Positions 12,500 to 25,700 of a DNA stretch of 64,000 nucleotides are shown here, piece by piece. How positions within the stretch are numbered: the first letter of the stretch is position 1; the number at the start of each line of letters is the position of its first letter. This DNA is from Rhizophagus irregularis (Eukaryota). The stretch is from assembly GCF_026210795.1 (NCBI RefSeq), contig NC_089430.1, positions 5,828,001 to 5,892,000 of the forward strand, written 5' to 3'. Both the position numbers and the translations under genes were made by a program. The notes beneath the pieces are model-generated. The model was not told where the DNA came from and searched no databases. It was given only the letters and a program-made list of their open reading frames with translations.

Positions 12500-15300
12500 A
12501 ATTTCTTATTTTTTTTATAGAGATGCCAGCACGCAAAAAATAATAAAGCTCCAGATATTAGTGGGAATGTGGGATTCCATATGACTATTGGAAATATTGT
12601 AAAAATTTAACAAAAGGTTTTTGTTAGGAATAATTAATGAGGGTATGGAGTGTGGAGTAATTTTAGGAGAATGGAAAAAAGGTCTAATTTATCCGACTGG
12701 AATCAAGATTTGAAATTGATACAACCAATTACTTTAATAGAGACAGCGAGAAAATTATTTTTGAAAATTCTGGTAAATGACTAAGTAAAATTCTAACGAA
12801 GGAAAAATTTTGATGGGGACAAATTATGAAAGCTTTAAAAAATGATTTTATATGAGAAAGATTTTATGGGTTAAAAAATATTTACGATCTGCAACTTGAA
12901 AGTTTAAGTAAGAATGTTATTTATTTAGCAAATGGTAATGAAAAATTGAGTACTTTATTTAAAATCAAGATAATGCAAGAATAAATGAGATTGTGGACCG
13001 CAGTGTGCATAGGAGATATAAATGGTAAAGCAATAAAAGGACGCAATTGTTAGATTAACGATGCAATTAACTTGTTGAAATCAGAAACATGAGTTTATGC
13101 AATCATGAGATTTTAGACGAAAATGCAGGGCATAAGATTAAAGGTGGTAATATAGAGATAATAGATCTATTACCTGATTCAGAAATTTAAAGAAGTGCAT
13201 TATCACGAAGAAAGAAAGAAATTCTCTTTTTAGAACAATTATTGGAAGCAAATCAATTTAGAATAATGAAGTGGAAACATGTTTTATAGGAAATGATTTG
13301 AGTTTTAGAGGTAAAATACCTAATTGGTTTAAGATTGTAGAAAACGAAGTGAGAGAAAATAAAGAGATGAGAAATTTAATATAAAAATAAAAATTTTGAT
13401 AGAAATAATATTCATATGAAAATTTTTGATGAAAATGAGAAAGTGTCAAGAAATAATTTAATAACATGGAATGATGAAAAAGGATTTCCTATCTTTGGAG
13501 AAGATAGGAAAAAATCAAGAAATAAAAATTATAAGAGGATAGGGATACATTGGATCATGATAAATGAGAATATAAATATAGATGATTCACCTACTTTAAT
13601 TAAATGTAAGGGTTGTAAAAAGAATATAGGTAAAAAAAAATATGAATAAAGAGAGTAAAATTGAATGTTTAATTTATTTAAAATGAAGAAAGTAGGATTA
13701 TTAGAAAACGGAACGAAGGTTGGAATATCAAACCTTATGAGACATTCCGAAATATTAAAAATAAATGATCTGGTGGAAAAATATTTAAGAGAAGAATAAA
13801 AAGAATAAAGATTTAATACAAGAATTGAGATGATAGATAATTTGGTTAATACAAATAAAAATCTGATAGAATTTTAAAGAATAGTATTTTAGAGAAAGAC
13901 GATTTTAGTTTTAGGAGGAAGGTAAATTTTTTAATGATAGAGGTTATGAAACTAAAAAGTAAAGTTAAGGAAAATGGGAAAAAATCGATTGAATATTTAG
14001 TAATGTGGAAGATAAGACATGAAGAATTCGTTACAAAGAATGAGATTAATTTTAACAGAAAATTTAAAGTATTGTTTGAGAATGAATACAAAATTTTATT
14101 AAGATGTTTGATAATAGGTATCATTTTATTAAATAGTAATAGCGAATTAATTTTAGGTTTAGATGGGAAATTTTGTGAATTATCAAAGAATTATAGAAAA
14201 TTTAAGTACAAGACGAAGGTTAGATAATGAATACAATATGGAGTTATTGGTAATAGAAAAGTTTTGATCGCAAATGAATATAAGAACGATTTCGTGTACG
14301 GAGAAGGAGGCGAACGATATAAAAATATGTAAAGAAGAAATGGATAAATTCTATTGCAAATGAAAGAAAGCAAAAATGAAACATATATGATAGACTTTAA
14401 TGAAGGGGGATTAGTGACCAACGAATTCAATTTATATTGGAAATATAATTTGATTTTAGGAGATTTAAGGGGATGGCGAAAGAAAGTTTCAGAAGTGATA
14501 TGGAAGAACGAAATTTTAAATAGTAAAAAGATTGAAGATTTATTTTCCTATAATTACAGAAATAAATTCGATTGGGTAAAGTCTTTAAAATTTATAAGCA
14601 ATGGAACAAATTTACATTTTGGCAATGTGCGCAAGAGGACACAAAAGAAAGAGCGTATAAAATTAAAAATTGGATAAAAGAATTACTAACATATAGTGTA
14701 CTTTTTAAAAGGAAAATATTTGGATTGATAATGATACCTGCCCAAGATGCAATAAGGAAGAAGAAGATTGGTATAATTAATGGAAATGTGAGTGTAATGA
14801 ATTTTCTGTAAGAGAAATTATAGAGAATTCGATAAAAAGTTGGAGGATGAAAAAAAGATTGATGATTCGACAATATTATGAGATATTAATAGGATTTTGT
14901 TCAAGTATTAGAAAAGCCTACAAGAATTTTATTAGGTTTTAGTAGAGAATGGGAGATGCTTAGAGGATTATATAATAACAATTTCTGAAGAAAAAGAATA
15001 CAATATGATTATAGAAGAATTGTGGTGTTTTTGTTATGAGAATATAAGATTGAAAATATGGGATAAAAGATGTAAAGATGTAGTGGCGATAGAAGAAAAG
15101 AAGGATTTAAAGAAAGGTGAGAAAAAGAAACGTAAAAAAGATCAAAAGAGCAAAAGGAGGAGGTAAAGCGAGAAAAAATACAAAATAGCAGATAATATAG
15201 AAAAAGATAAAGAAAAAATATAGAAAACAATATTAGAAATAATGGAAGGTATATCAATTACGAAATCATGGGGGTATTAAAATAAATTAGTATAAAAAAA
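12500..15300 (+). pseudogene. Decayed non-LTR retrotransposon (LINE) ORF fragments
   Basis: Purine-rich plus strand with many stops and frameshifts. RT-like P-ITLIETARK text near 12725; RIGIHW/IKCKGC; DLRGWRK..FDW; AYKIKN..CPRC..EDW zinc-knuckle region near 14650-14790. Confidence 0.65.
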
Positions 15301-15859
15301 TTTTTTAGTATAAAATGCTTTTAGTTATAGAAGATAATTAAAATTTTTAATTATTTTTTAGTGTTTTAAAAATTTTTTTATGTAATCTTTTTGTAATTGA
15401 TAATAAATGCATTATTAAAATTAAAAAAATAAAAAAAAGGGATAAGTGGATTATAGGTGATGGAAGTTGGAAAAGAGGTGTGATAATTCTGGGCGAGTGG
15501 TCACTAATGAAAGTTTCGTTTGGTTTTAAACACATTTCCGTATAATGGAAGTTACTTGTAATCTTACTTTAGTTAAATTTTAGTTTTCTGTTAGGTCTAG
15601 AGTTTTTATATATGTTATGTGTGAAAGTTTTTTGTTTTTCTTTTTTTATTTTGTATTGTTTCTTTTGGGTTGAGTGACATCGATTATATATTGTTGTTAG
15701 TTCTTTTTGCACGCTCAGGTATATATAATTATATATGCTCTTTGTATTTAAATAGACTGGTTTGCTATAGGGTCATGTGCTTTTTCACATGCCTCTAGGT
15801 ATTTCTGACGTTAATATGTATATCTATGGTATTGTTTAATAAAGAAATGCAGTGCAAAT

Positions 15860-16700
15860 TTTTTTTAAAAAATAAAATATGGAAGGTTGTTATAGAAATG
15901 GGCCAAAGACCTTAGTAGTCTTAACAATAAGAAAGAAATTATGTTATTAAAATAATTAGAACAGCTATTTGTAACTAATATAAGTTAACATCAATTGGCC
16001 AATTTTGTTTATGATAATTCGTAATGAAACAAGTGTATCAAAATCATCAACTAATGCGATGGATACTCAAATTAGAGCTTTTAGGATCAAAAAGTTTCTT
16101 TAAACATTGCCAACATATGAAATATTATATCAAAGGAAAGTTTTTGGAACTTCTTCAGAGAAATGTATAAGATGTAATGAAGAAACAGAAACATGGGATC
16201 ATACTACTATATAGTAGCATTGTAACAAGATTCTTCTATTAATTTATGGATAGATGCAGTCAATGTAATTACAGAAGATAATAAAGAAAGAGAAAAGCTT
16301 TACAACATAGTAATGTTAAATCAAGATTATTTACATTAAGAATTTACTATATGAGATAATGCGTGGACTTTCTAACATCAAGATTTGGCAATATAAACAT
16401 TGTAAAGTAGATGATTCAAAGATGTTGAAGATATGTTGTGACTTATATTTGACGTATATATATGAAAAAATTTGGAAAATGAGATGTCAAGAAGTAGTAA
16501 GTTCTGAGAAGTCTCAAAGCATAGGTAAATTGGATTAAAAGATAAGGGGATTCTTGATTAGAGAAGGATAAAAGAAGTGATAGAGAAACAGAGGAGTTAA
16601 GTATAAATAATAAAAACAAAAAAATTCAGAAAATAGTAAAATTATTAAAAAAATAAAATGAGAAAATATTAGAAATGGTAATGAGTTAAATACCCTAACA
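15860..16700 (+). pseudogene. Second decayed LINE 3' fragment
   Basis: RAFRIKKFL..LPTYEILYQRK..CIRCNEETETWDH and KIWKMRCQEVV motifs, interrupted by stops. Confidence 0.6.
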
Positions 16701-16963
16701 GTGAATAAGCAAGCTTTCTAAAAATTCAGTAAAGAGAAGCAATTTGATAAGTTAGTAATTAAAAGTATGTCACCAAAACTTTGAATCATATTTTTTTCGT
16801 TATTTATTGTACAAATGATTGTTTGTTTGTTTCAGGTGATTATTAGCCAATCATAATTCTTGATCAAAATAGCTGACAGCCAATTAAAATAACATTTTCA
16901 TGCTTTTTTCATCACAATCTTTTCATCTTTTTGATCATTTAATCTCTTTACACCCATCTCATA

Positions 16964-18428
16964 ATGGATATTTCAACGTAAAGTTTTTTTGATATACTGT
17001 TTAAAAATTATTTACCTTGTATTAATATCTCATATCTGATTCTTTTAGTGATCAACTTTTCAAAGAAAAAGGCGATGGTAATTACAATATAATGTTTTAA
17101 ATATTAAAATACTTTATACTTTCAGTTTATATTTAAGTTAATTAATTTAATTTAGGTCTTACACAGGAAAAATATGAAAAGATTATTGCTTTACAACAAA
17201 AACATGATGCAGAAATCCAAATGTTATCTGATGAATGCCAACTTGAGCTAGCATTTATAAAGGTTAAAAATTTTGAATACAATTCAAAGAATAATTTATT
17301 TTGATTTGACCAAATTTTTTATAAATTATAGAGTATCATGAAAGATAATCGAGAACCAGCACCAAAAAAGACTCGCAGTATTAGTTCATGGAATACATTT
17401 CAAACTGAATGGTTCAAAAAAAATAGTATGTTCTATAAATATTATTGGTTTAATTTATCATAAAATATTTACTTATTAAAAGAATTATATATTTACTAGA
17501 AATTAAAGTTACTACTCCAGGAGCTCAAAAACAATGTGCTGAAGAATATGCATTGCTTAATAAAGAACAATTGAATTCTTTTAAAAACAGAGCTGAAGAA
17601 TTATCTGAAAATAGATTCAATAAAGAACCAAAATTAATAGAAAGTATAAGACTTCGCAAAGCTGAATTAAATAAACAAATTTGTGAAATTAGAAAATTGG
17701 TATGTATATATATTATTAGATTATCAGTTAAAATATAAAATTCTATATAATTAATTATTAAATGCTTGATTTCTAGTATCGAACTTTACAAATTACCTGT
17801 GATGTAGAATTTTTGACACTTGTGATTCCTTTAAGCAAAGAATTGAACATCTCTTATTTTGGAACTCCAGTTGGTGAAGAATTTTACAAGTCCTGCTTAA
17901 AACTAGACGAAATTCATAACAGTTTTTATCATTTTTCTTGTTTAAAAAAATCAGGTATAATAATATTATTTTATACAAATGTTATAAAAATTAACTAACT
18001 TTTTATATTATTCTGTATCAGCTAAAAATGAAATTATTAAACAAGTTACATTTCAAAAAGATATAGAGGATATAACTATGATAGAAAGTGCAGATGATCA
18101 ATTATCTATTATTGATAAAGAATGTCCAAATAGTAAGAATGCACGTGATAAAGTTAGAAAATATTTACAAGAGAAATTTAGTAAGTAATAATTATAATTT
18201 TAAATATAATGGAAAGTTAATAATAATTATACTTAATTAATTATAGATTTGATAACAAAAGAAAGAATACCCTATAAAAATTGGTATAACCAAACTAAAT
18301 ATACTATAATAGGATGGCCTGAAGATGTTTTATTCTGTAATTATTCTGATTTAAGTACTGAAGATAAGAAAAAGATATTAAGTAATTTAAATAACATATA
18401 TTTTAAGATAAATAATTTGAGTGAATAG
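16964..18428 (+). CDS. HMG-box-like protein with C-terminal GWP domain (8 exons), transposon-borne
   Basis: Spliced reading: MDIST..PKKTRSISSWNTFQTEWF..CAEEYALLNKEQLNSFKNRAEE (divergent HMG box) ..RDKVRKYLQEKF..IPYKNW..IIGWPEDV..SE*. All introns are GT-AG. Confidence 0.75.
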
Positions 18429-19127
18429 TAGAATAGTTAGCATTATAGTTGGTAATAAAATAATTTCCCCAGTTCTAGAACTGGTTATTATGGTCTTTAA
18501 TCCAAGGTTATAAATTTTTCATCCAATAAAATGATTTAATTTCATTATCATATAATATTAAAATTTCATATTTCAAATTTCATATCAGTTTATTACAAAT
18601 TAGATATAATTAAATAATGACTGTTAAGTTATGACTGATAATTTCATTGTCTTTCTGATTAAGTCAAAGCTACATACATATAGCAAAATAATTTCAGTTT
18701 TATACCAGTCTAAAGAACAATCTTTAAAATGGCTCAAAGGCTGATTTGATCCAGTTCTAGTTAAAAGACTAGTTTTGTTAAAACCAGACTGGATCAGAAC
18801 AGAACAGACCAATTCATTATATACCAGTAAGCTAATTGTACATTTTAAATCATGTATATTATCATTATATAAAAATTGAAATTAAATATATTAAACCATA
18901 TGCAATTAATTAAAGAACTTTACAGTTGAATTTGCAACTTATTTAATACTTAAACTCTGGACTATAATTTTGATTGGATAATTAAAAATACTAGTACTAG
19001 CTAGTAAAAAAAAAATTTAAATAAGCAACTAAAGTTATACAGTCAAAGCTCGTCATAGTGAACTTTCCGTTCCACTATATAATTTTTTCCTTTATTTTTA
19101 AACTGAAGTCCATCATAGTCCATCATT

Positions 19128-19453
19128 TATTGCAGCGGATTTATGAAATTTGGCAAAAATCCTGCTGCGCCCTCAGAAATCAAAATTGACTTACCAAAAC
19201 ATTAAGCTTTTTCCTAAAAAATGTCAAATAATGATGTGCCTTTAATACTGAAATAATTGGTTAGATAATGGGAAAATTGGTTAGATGCAAGATTTAAGGT
19301 ACAAAAAAATTTTTTAGAACTCATTTTTGACTGTTCACTAATAAATTTGGGACTTAAATAGAAATTTGATGACTAAAATAATACCTCATCTAATATTTAT
19401 TTAATTTGACATGACAGACAAATTTTTGGGTATTCTATAAATCCGCCATGATG
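19128..19453 (+). mobile_element. MITE family A copy 2, inserted into the innermost unit of the right array
   Basis: TATTGCAGCGGATTTATGAAA ... TATAAATCCGCCATGATG; the flanks rejoin into one 55-bp unit. Confidence 0.75.
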
Positions 19454-19456
19454 TAT

Positions 19457-20733
19457 AGGGACATTATTGTCCTAATTTTTAAACTAAAGCCCAACATAGT
19501 CCATAATTATGAGAATATTATTGTCCTCATTTTTAAATTGAAGGCGCATCATAGTCCATAATTATGAGGACATTATTGTCCTCATTTTTAAACTGAAGGC
19601 GCATCATAGTCCATAATTATGAGGACATTATTGTCCTCATTTTAAACTGAAGGCGCATCATAGTCCATGATTACGAGGACATTATTGTCCTCATTTTTAA
19701 ACTGAAGGTTTATCATAGTCCATAATTACGTTAGGACATTATTGTCCTCATTTTTAAACTGAAGGTCTATCATAGTCCATAATTATGAGGACATTGTCCT
19801 CATTTTTGAACTGAAGGCGCATCATAGTCCATAATTACGAGGACATTATTGTCCTAATTTTTAAACTGAAGGTTTGTCATAGTCCATAATTACGTTAGGA
19901 CATTATTGTCCTCATTTTTAAACTGAAGGCACATCATAGTCCATAATTATGAGGACATTATTGTCCTCATTTTTAAACTGAAGGCGCATCATAGTCCATA
20001 ATTACGAGGACATTATTGTCCTCATTTTTAAACTGAAGGTTTGTCATAGTCCATAATTACGTTAGGACATTATTGTCCTCAAGGCACATCATAGTCCATA
20101 ATTATGAGGACATTATTGTCCTCATTTTTAAACTGAAGGCATGTCATTGTCCATAATTACGAGGACATTATTGTCCTCATTTTTAAACTGAAGGCATATC
20201 ATAGTCCATAATTACGAGGACATTATTGTCCTCATTTTTAAATTGAAGGCACTTCATAGTCCATAATTACGAGGACATTATTGTCCTCATTTTTAAACTG
20301 AAGGTTTGTCATAGTCCATAATTACGTTAGGACATTATTGTCCTCATTTTTAAACTGAAGGCGCATCATAGTCCATAATTACGAGGACATTACTGTCCTC
20401 ATTTTTAAACTGAAGGCATGTCATTGTCCATAATTACGAGGACATTATTGTCCTCATTTTTAAACTGAAGGCATATCATAGTCCATAATTACGAGGACAT
20501 TATTGTCCTCATTTTTAAATTGAAGGCACTTCATAGTCCATAATTACGAGGACATTATTGTCCTCATTTTTAAACTAAAGGACTATCACAGTCCATAATT
20601 ATGAGGACATTATTGTCCTCATTTTTAAACTGAAGGACTATCATAGTCCATAATTACGAGGACATTATTGTCCTCATTTTTAAACTGAAGGCGCAACATA
20701 GTCCATAATTACGGGGACATTATTGTCCTCATT
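19457..20733 (-). repeat. Right subterminal tandem array, about 23 x 55-bp units, inverted relative to the left array
   Basis: Units GAGGACATTATTGTCCTCATTTTTAAACTGAAGG(N)CATAGTCCATAATTAC are the reverse complement of the left unit. Confidence 0.95.
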
Positions 20734-20843
20734 CTGAACCAATCAGATCCCGTGGGCTACATATGCCCATGGGCAGTTTATAAGCTATAAGTTAGCGCAC
20801 GAACATCCAGCTTATAAACTATGTCGATCATTTGGCTGGGGTG
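20658..20843 (-). repeat. Right terminal inverted repeat
   Basis: Exact reverse complement of 2427-2612, followed by the TSD TGATTCCG. Confidence 0.95.
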
Positions 20844-22799
20844 TGATTCCGGCGTTACGAACTTAAGCCCGTGATAACCCATTTTTTTTCTTTAAACCGA
20901 TTTTTTTCACTAAACCGATTTTTTAATATTTTTTGGGGATATAACTTTTTTTTCTATTTACAATCTTTTTTTTTCGAATTTTTTTTTGTTTTTTTGCCTT
21001 AAATATATTTTATATGATTTTGGAAAATACCTAGTACGCCAAAAACAATAAATAAATTGGGATTAAATGATTTTTTGGCGTACTACATACTGTATGTCCA
21101 TGTGGCGCGGTAAATTTAATAACAACAAAAACTTCATGAACTTTATGTTATTCATTTCAAATATCAATAGAACTCCTCCTTATGACAAATAAATTTAAGA
21201 GAAGCAGAATATTTTATCTTAATCTGGCAATAATAAATTTATGAACTAAAGTTGTAAGAAAGAATCATGCTACCAACGGTTTGGTATATAACCTCACTAA
21301 ATTTTTTTAATAAATAATCTTTTTTAAGAGAATTTTTTTTTCAGATTTATATTTTATTTATTCAATTCAAAAACTCTAACTCATATTCAATACTTTAACT
21401 GCTGCTTATTTAGTTTTATTTCTTTCATGTGTTCGATCATAAACACTAAATTATAATAATTTTATTATCCTAAATGCGTGTCAAAAGAACTACATATACC
21501 GTACATATCAAAAAAAAAACAATATTTTAAGGATAATATACTGTATTATCAAACCTCTACTTTTTATGTAACGTGCCGTGGGTGCTGGTGAAATAAAAGT
21601 ACCGGCTAGTTAGACCGTCATACATTTTATCAGGGGTTTCTTTTTTTGTAATTATTTTATTCTTTTTGCATTTTACGAGAAACTTGTCTTAAAAATCATA
21701 CTTTTTTTAAAGAACTTGACCTTTTAACAAAGATTTAGATATTTTTGTAATATGCAAAAAAAAGATTTTTATATGTCGATAATTTTATTGATGATTATTT
21801 TACAAGTATTCGCTAAATATTTATTTAAGGAAATTTATTACTATATTGGATACAATATATGAAACTATCACACTGTTTCTCCCTGTAATTTCTACAAGTA
21901 TATAAAAATTTTATTAATATTCATTAAAACTAGAGAATTTAATTAAACTCAAGAAAACCTAAGTTGTTTCTTTTGTAAAATTATGCATAACGCTAACAAT
22001 AAAATATGTATTATTACTTAACTGTTAGGCTAGGGGTTTTTATTAAACTTTTATTAGAATAAAATAATTTTTTATTAAATCTATTTTTTTGTATTTTATA
22101 GAAAATCTATCTGAATAATTACACTATAAACTTAGTAAATCTTTTCTCATGCAACATTACATATATTTTTGCTTGTTAATTATATTTTCGTTTATACTCT
22201 TAAAAGGAAACTCAAAAAAAGCTTGTTTTTAAGGGCGAACTTGTATGAGTAAAAAAAAAAATAATAGTTTATTTAAAAATTCTTACGGGGTAGATAATAA
22301 ACTTGCTTAATTAAGATAGGTATAATATATTAGAATTGACAATTAATTATTAAAATGAAGTGATTCAATTATGGTTACACAAATTTTGACAATATGAAAT
22401 GTTACTAGCTAATTGAAAAAATTTTAACATTTCATGCTAAGCCACAATAATATAGATAACATAACAATATAAATAAGTATCGATTGAAATAATTTTTTTT
22501 TGGTCACATTTGAAGCTTTACATTAAAAAAAAGTAATTTCGTTGTTAAACAGTTGCCACTCGATTAATGCATATTAATGCATGGTCCCGCACTGCATATA
22601 CGATTACGTTTGTGAAAATCCATGGTATTTACCCTGTGATTACATAATTTGTTTCGGCCGAGATTATTTACCCGTGATTATTACATAATTTGTTTCGGCC
22701 GAAATAATTTTTTTCTCCCGCAGTATACAATATATATATATACTAGCAACTTTGCGTCTTTTATTATTTTAAATCTGTTTATTAATTTATAAAAGTCTT

Positions 22800-25700
22800 A
22801 TGGACACATTAATTAAGAAACTAAAAATTGATAAGAAATGCAAAAAGTGTAAATTTAAATGTAATGCAATATATTTTCAACAAAATTTCAAAAATTGGAC
22901 AAGTGGGAATAAATATATTGATAAATTTATTCAAGATACTCAGCTATCGGCTCATTATAACACAAAAGAGGCATTGGAATGGATACCTTATGATAGATTT
23001 TATGATATTAAATATATTGAGAAAAAAAAAATGTATAGAGCAAATTGGATTGATGGATATATTTACGAATGGGATGATGAAAATCAAAATGGGAGAAGAA
23101 ATGGTGAAAATATGTCAGTAGGTTTAGTAGACTTGAAAAATTCAAATAATTCAAAAAATATTGAATTAGAATTAACTAATAAGGTAATATAATAAATTTA
23201 TTATTTTTAATTAAGAATTTTTATAACTATCACCGGATGATGATCACCAGTGACTGAAATTATGACGATCGACCAGCATTAAAATAGTGCCGGTAAAAAT
23301 TGATAATTCTGGCCAACGGTGATGATCACCCCGGTGATTTGAAGTAATTAAATTTTGAAAATTTTTATTTTTACTGTGAATTATAATTGTAGGTTAATAG
23401 AATATATGGAATAACTCAAGACCTTCAAACAAAAAATTATAAGATGGTTTTGGGTGATGAATGTGAAATATGTAATTATTTATGCAATGCAGTACACTTT
23501 CAACAAAATTTTGAAAATTGGACTAGTGGTAATGATGATATTGATAAATTTATTCAAGATACTCAGTTATCAGCCCATGCAAGAAAGGCACTAGAATGGA
23601 TTCCTTATGATAGATTTCATGATATTAGATATATTTCAGAAAAAAATGTGTATAGAGCAAATTGGATTGATGGATATATTTATGAATGGGATTATGAAAA
23701 TCAAAATTGGAGAAGAAATGATGAAAATATGTCAGTAGATTTGAAAAGTTTAGATAATCCAAAAAGTATCAAATTAGGATTTACTGATGAGGTATAAGTA
23801 GTTTATTATTTTTAATTAAATTTTGAAATTTTTAACTTTTACTGTGCATTATGTTTGTAGGTTAATAGAATTTATGGAATAACTCAAGATCCACAAACAA
23901 AAAATTATATGATGATTTTGAGTGATAAATGTAAATTATGTAATCTTATATGTAGCTCAATTCACTTTCAACAAAATTTTGGGAGTTGGACTAGTGGTAA
24001 TGATGAAATTGATAAATTTATTCAAGATACTCAGTTATCAGCCCATGATAATGCAGGAAAGGCACTAGAATGGATTCCTTATGATAGATTTCGTAATATT
24101 AAATATATTGAGGGAAAAAAAGTGTGTAGAGCAAATTGGATTGATGGATATATTAATGAATTGGATAATGAAAATCAAAATTGGAAGCGAAATGGTAAAA
24201 ATAAGTTAGTAGATTTAGTAGATTTGAAAAGTACAAACAATCCAAAAAATATCAAATTAGTATTAACTAATAAGGTACTACTATTATAAATTTATTATTT
24301 TAATTAAATTTTTAAAATTTTTAATTTTACTGCGTATTATATTTGTAGGTTAATACAATTTATGGAATAACTCAAGATCCACAAACAAAAGATTATATGA
24401 TGGTATTGAATGATAAATGTAAAAAATGTAATTATGCATGTAATGCAATACACTTTCAACAAAACTTTGAAAGTTGGACTAGTGGTAATGATGATATTGA
24501 TAAATTTATTCAAGATATTCAGCTATCAGTTCATTATAGCATAAAGGAAGCATTAGAATGGATACCTTATGATAGATTTCGTGAAATTAAACATATTGAG
24601 GAAAAAAAAGTGTGTAGAGCAAATTGGATTGACGGATGTATTTCTGAATGGAATAATTATGATCAAAATTGGAAAAGATCTGACAAAAATATGTTAGTAG
24701 CTTTTAAAAGTTTAAATAATCCGACAAAGTTTACATTAGAATTTATAAACAAGGTATTATTAGAATTTTGAAATCTTAATTTTGCTATTTTTACTAACAT
24801 GTTATTTTATAGCTTAAAATAGATTATATAGTTTATGGAATGACTCAAAATCCACAAACAAAAGATTATATGATGGTATTGAATGATAAATGTAAAAAAT
24901 GTAAGCATATATGTTATGCAATACACTTTCAACAAAATTTTGAAAGTTGGACTAGTGGTAATGATAACATTGATAAATTTATTCAAGACACTCAGCTATC
25001 AGCTCATTATAGCATAAAGGAAGCATTAGAATGGATACCTTATGATAGATTTCGTGATATTAAACATATTGAGGAAAAAAAAGTGCGTGTAGCAAATTGG
25101 ATTGATGGATACATTGATGGATGGGATAATGAAAATCAAAATTGGAAAAGATTCAACAAAAGTATGTCAGTAGTTTTGAAAAGTTTACTAAACAATCCAA
25201 AAAATATTAAATTAGAAAGTACTAATGAGGTAAAATAAATTTATTATTTTAATTAAATTTTAAAATTTTGAAATTTTTTAATTTTTACTGTGTATTATAT
25301 TTGTAGGTTAATAGACTTTATGGAATAACTCAAGATCCACAAACAAAAGATTATATGATGGTATTGAATGATAAATGTAAAAAATGTAATTATGTATGTA
25401 ATGCAATACACTTTCAACAAAACTTTGAAAGCTGGACTAGTGTAAATGATTATATTGATAAATTTATTCAAGACACTCAGCTATTAGCTCATTATAGGTC
25501 AGAAGAGGCATTGGAATGGATATCTTATGATAGATTTCGTGATATTAAACATATTGAGGAAAAAAAAGTGTGTAGAGCAAATTGGATTGATGGATACATT
25601 GATGGATGGGATAATGAAAATCAAAATTGGAAAAGATTCAACCAAAATATGTTGGTAGATTTGAAATATTTAAATGGCCCAAAAAATGCTACATTAGAAT

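Larger units (their letters stand above)
2427..20843 (-). mobile_element. Full-length KDZ (Kyakuja-Dileera-Zisupton)-type DNA transposon, 18,417 bp
   Basis: TIRs begin CACCCCAGCCAAATGATCG at 2427 and end CGATCATTTGGCTGGGGTG at 20843. TGATTCCG lies directly outside both ends (2419-2426 and 20844-20851). Internal KDZ transposase gene. Confidence 0.93.

Noticed and set aside
13258..15535. Short F/L/I-rich minus-strand ORFs
   Set aside because: They are antisense shadows of the purine-rich decayed LINE.
8400..18900. TET/JBP dioxygenase cargo expected for some fungal KDZ elements
   Set aside because: No HxD..H 2OG-Fe(II) pattern was recognised in either cargo gene. A profile search is needed to exclude a remote homolog.
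19038..19080. TA-CAGTCAAAGCTCG pogo-like terminus
   Set aside because: Only about 40 bp, with no partner end found; too little to call an element.
21570..21610. Helitron 3' end (GC-rich patch then CTAGT)
   Set aside because: The hairpin is weak and no 5' end or second copy is visible.
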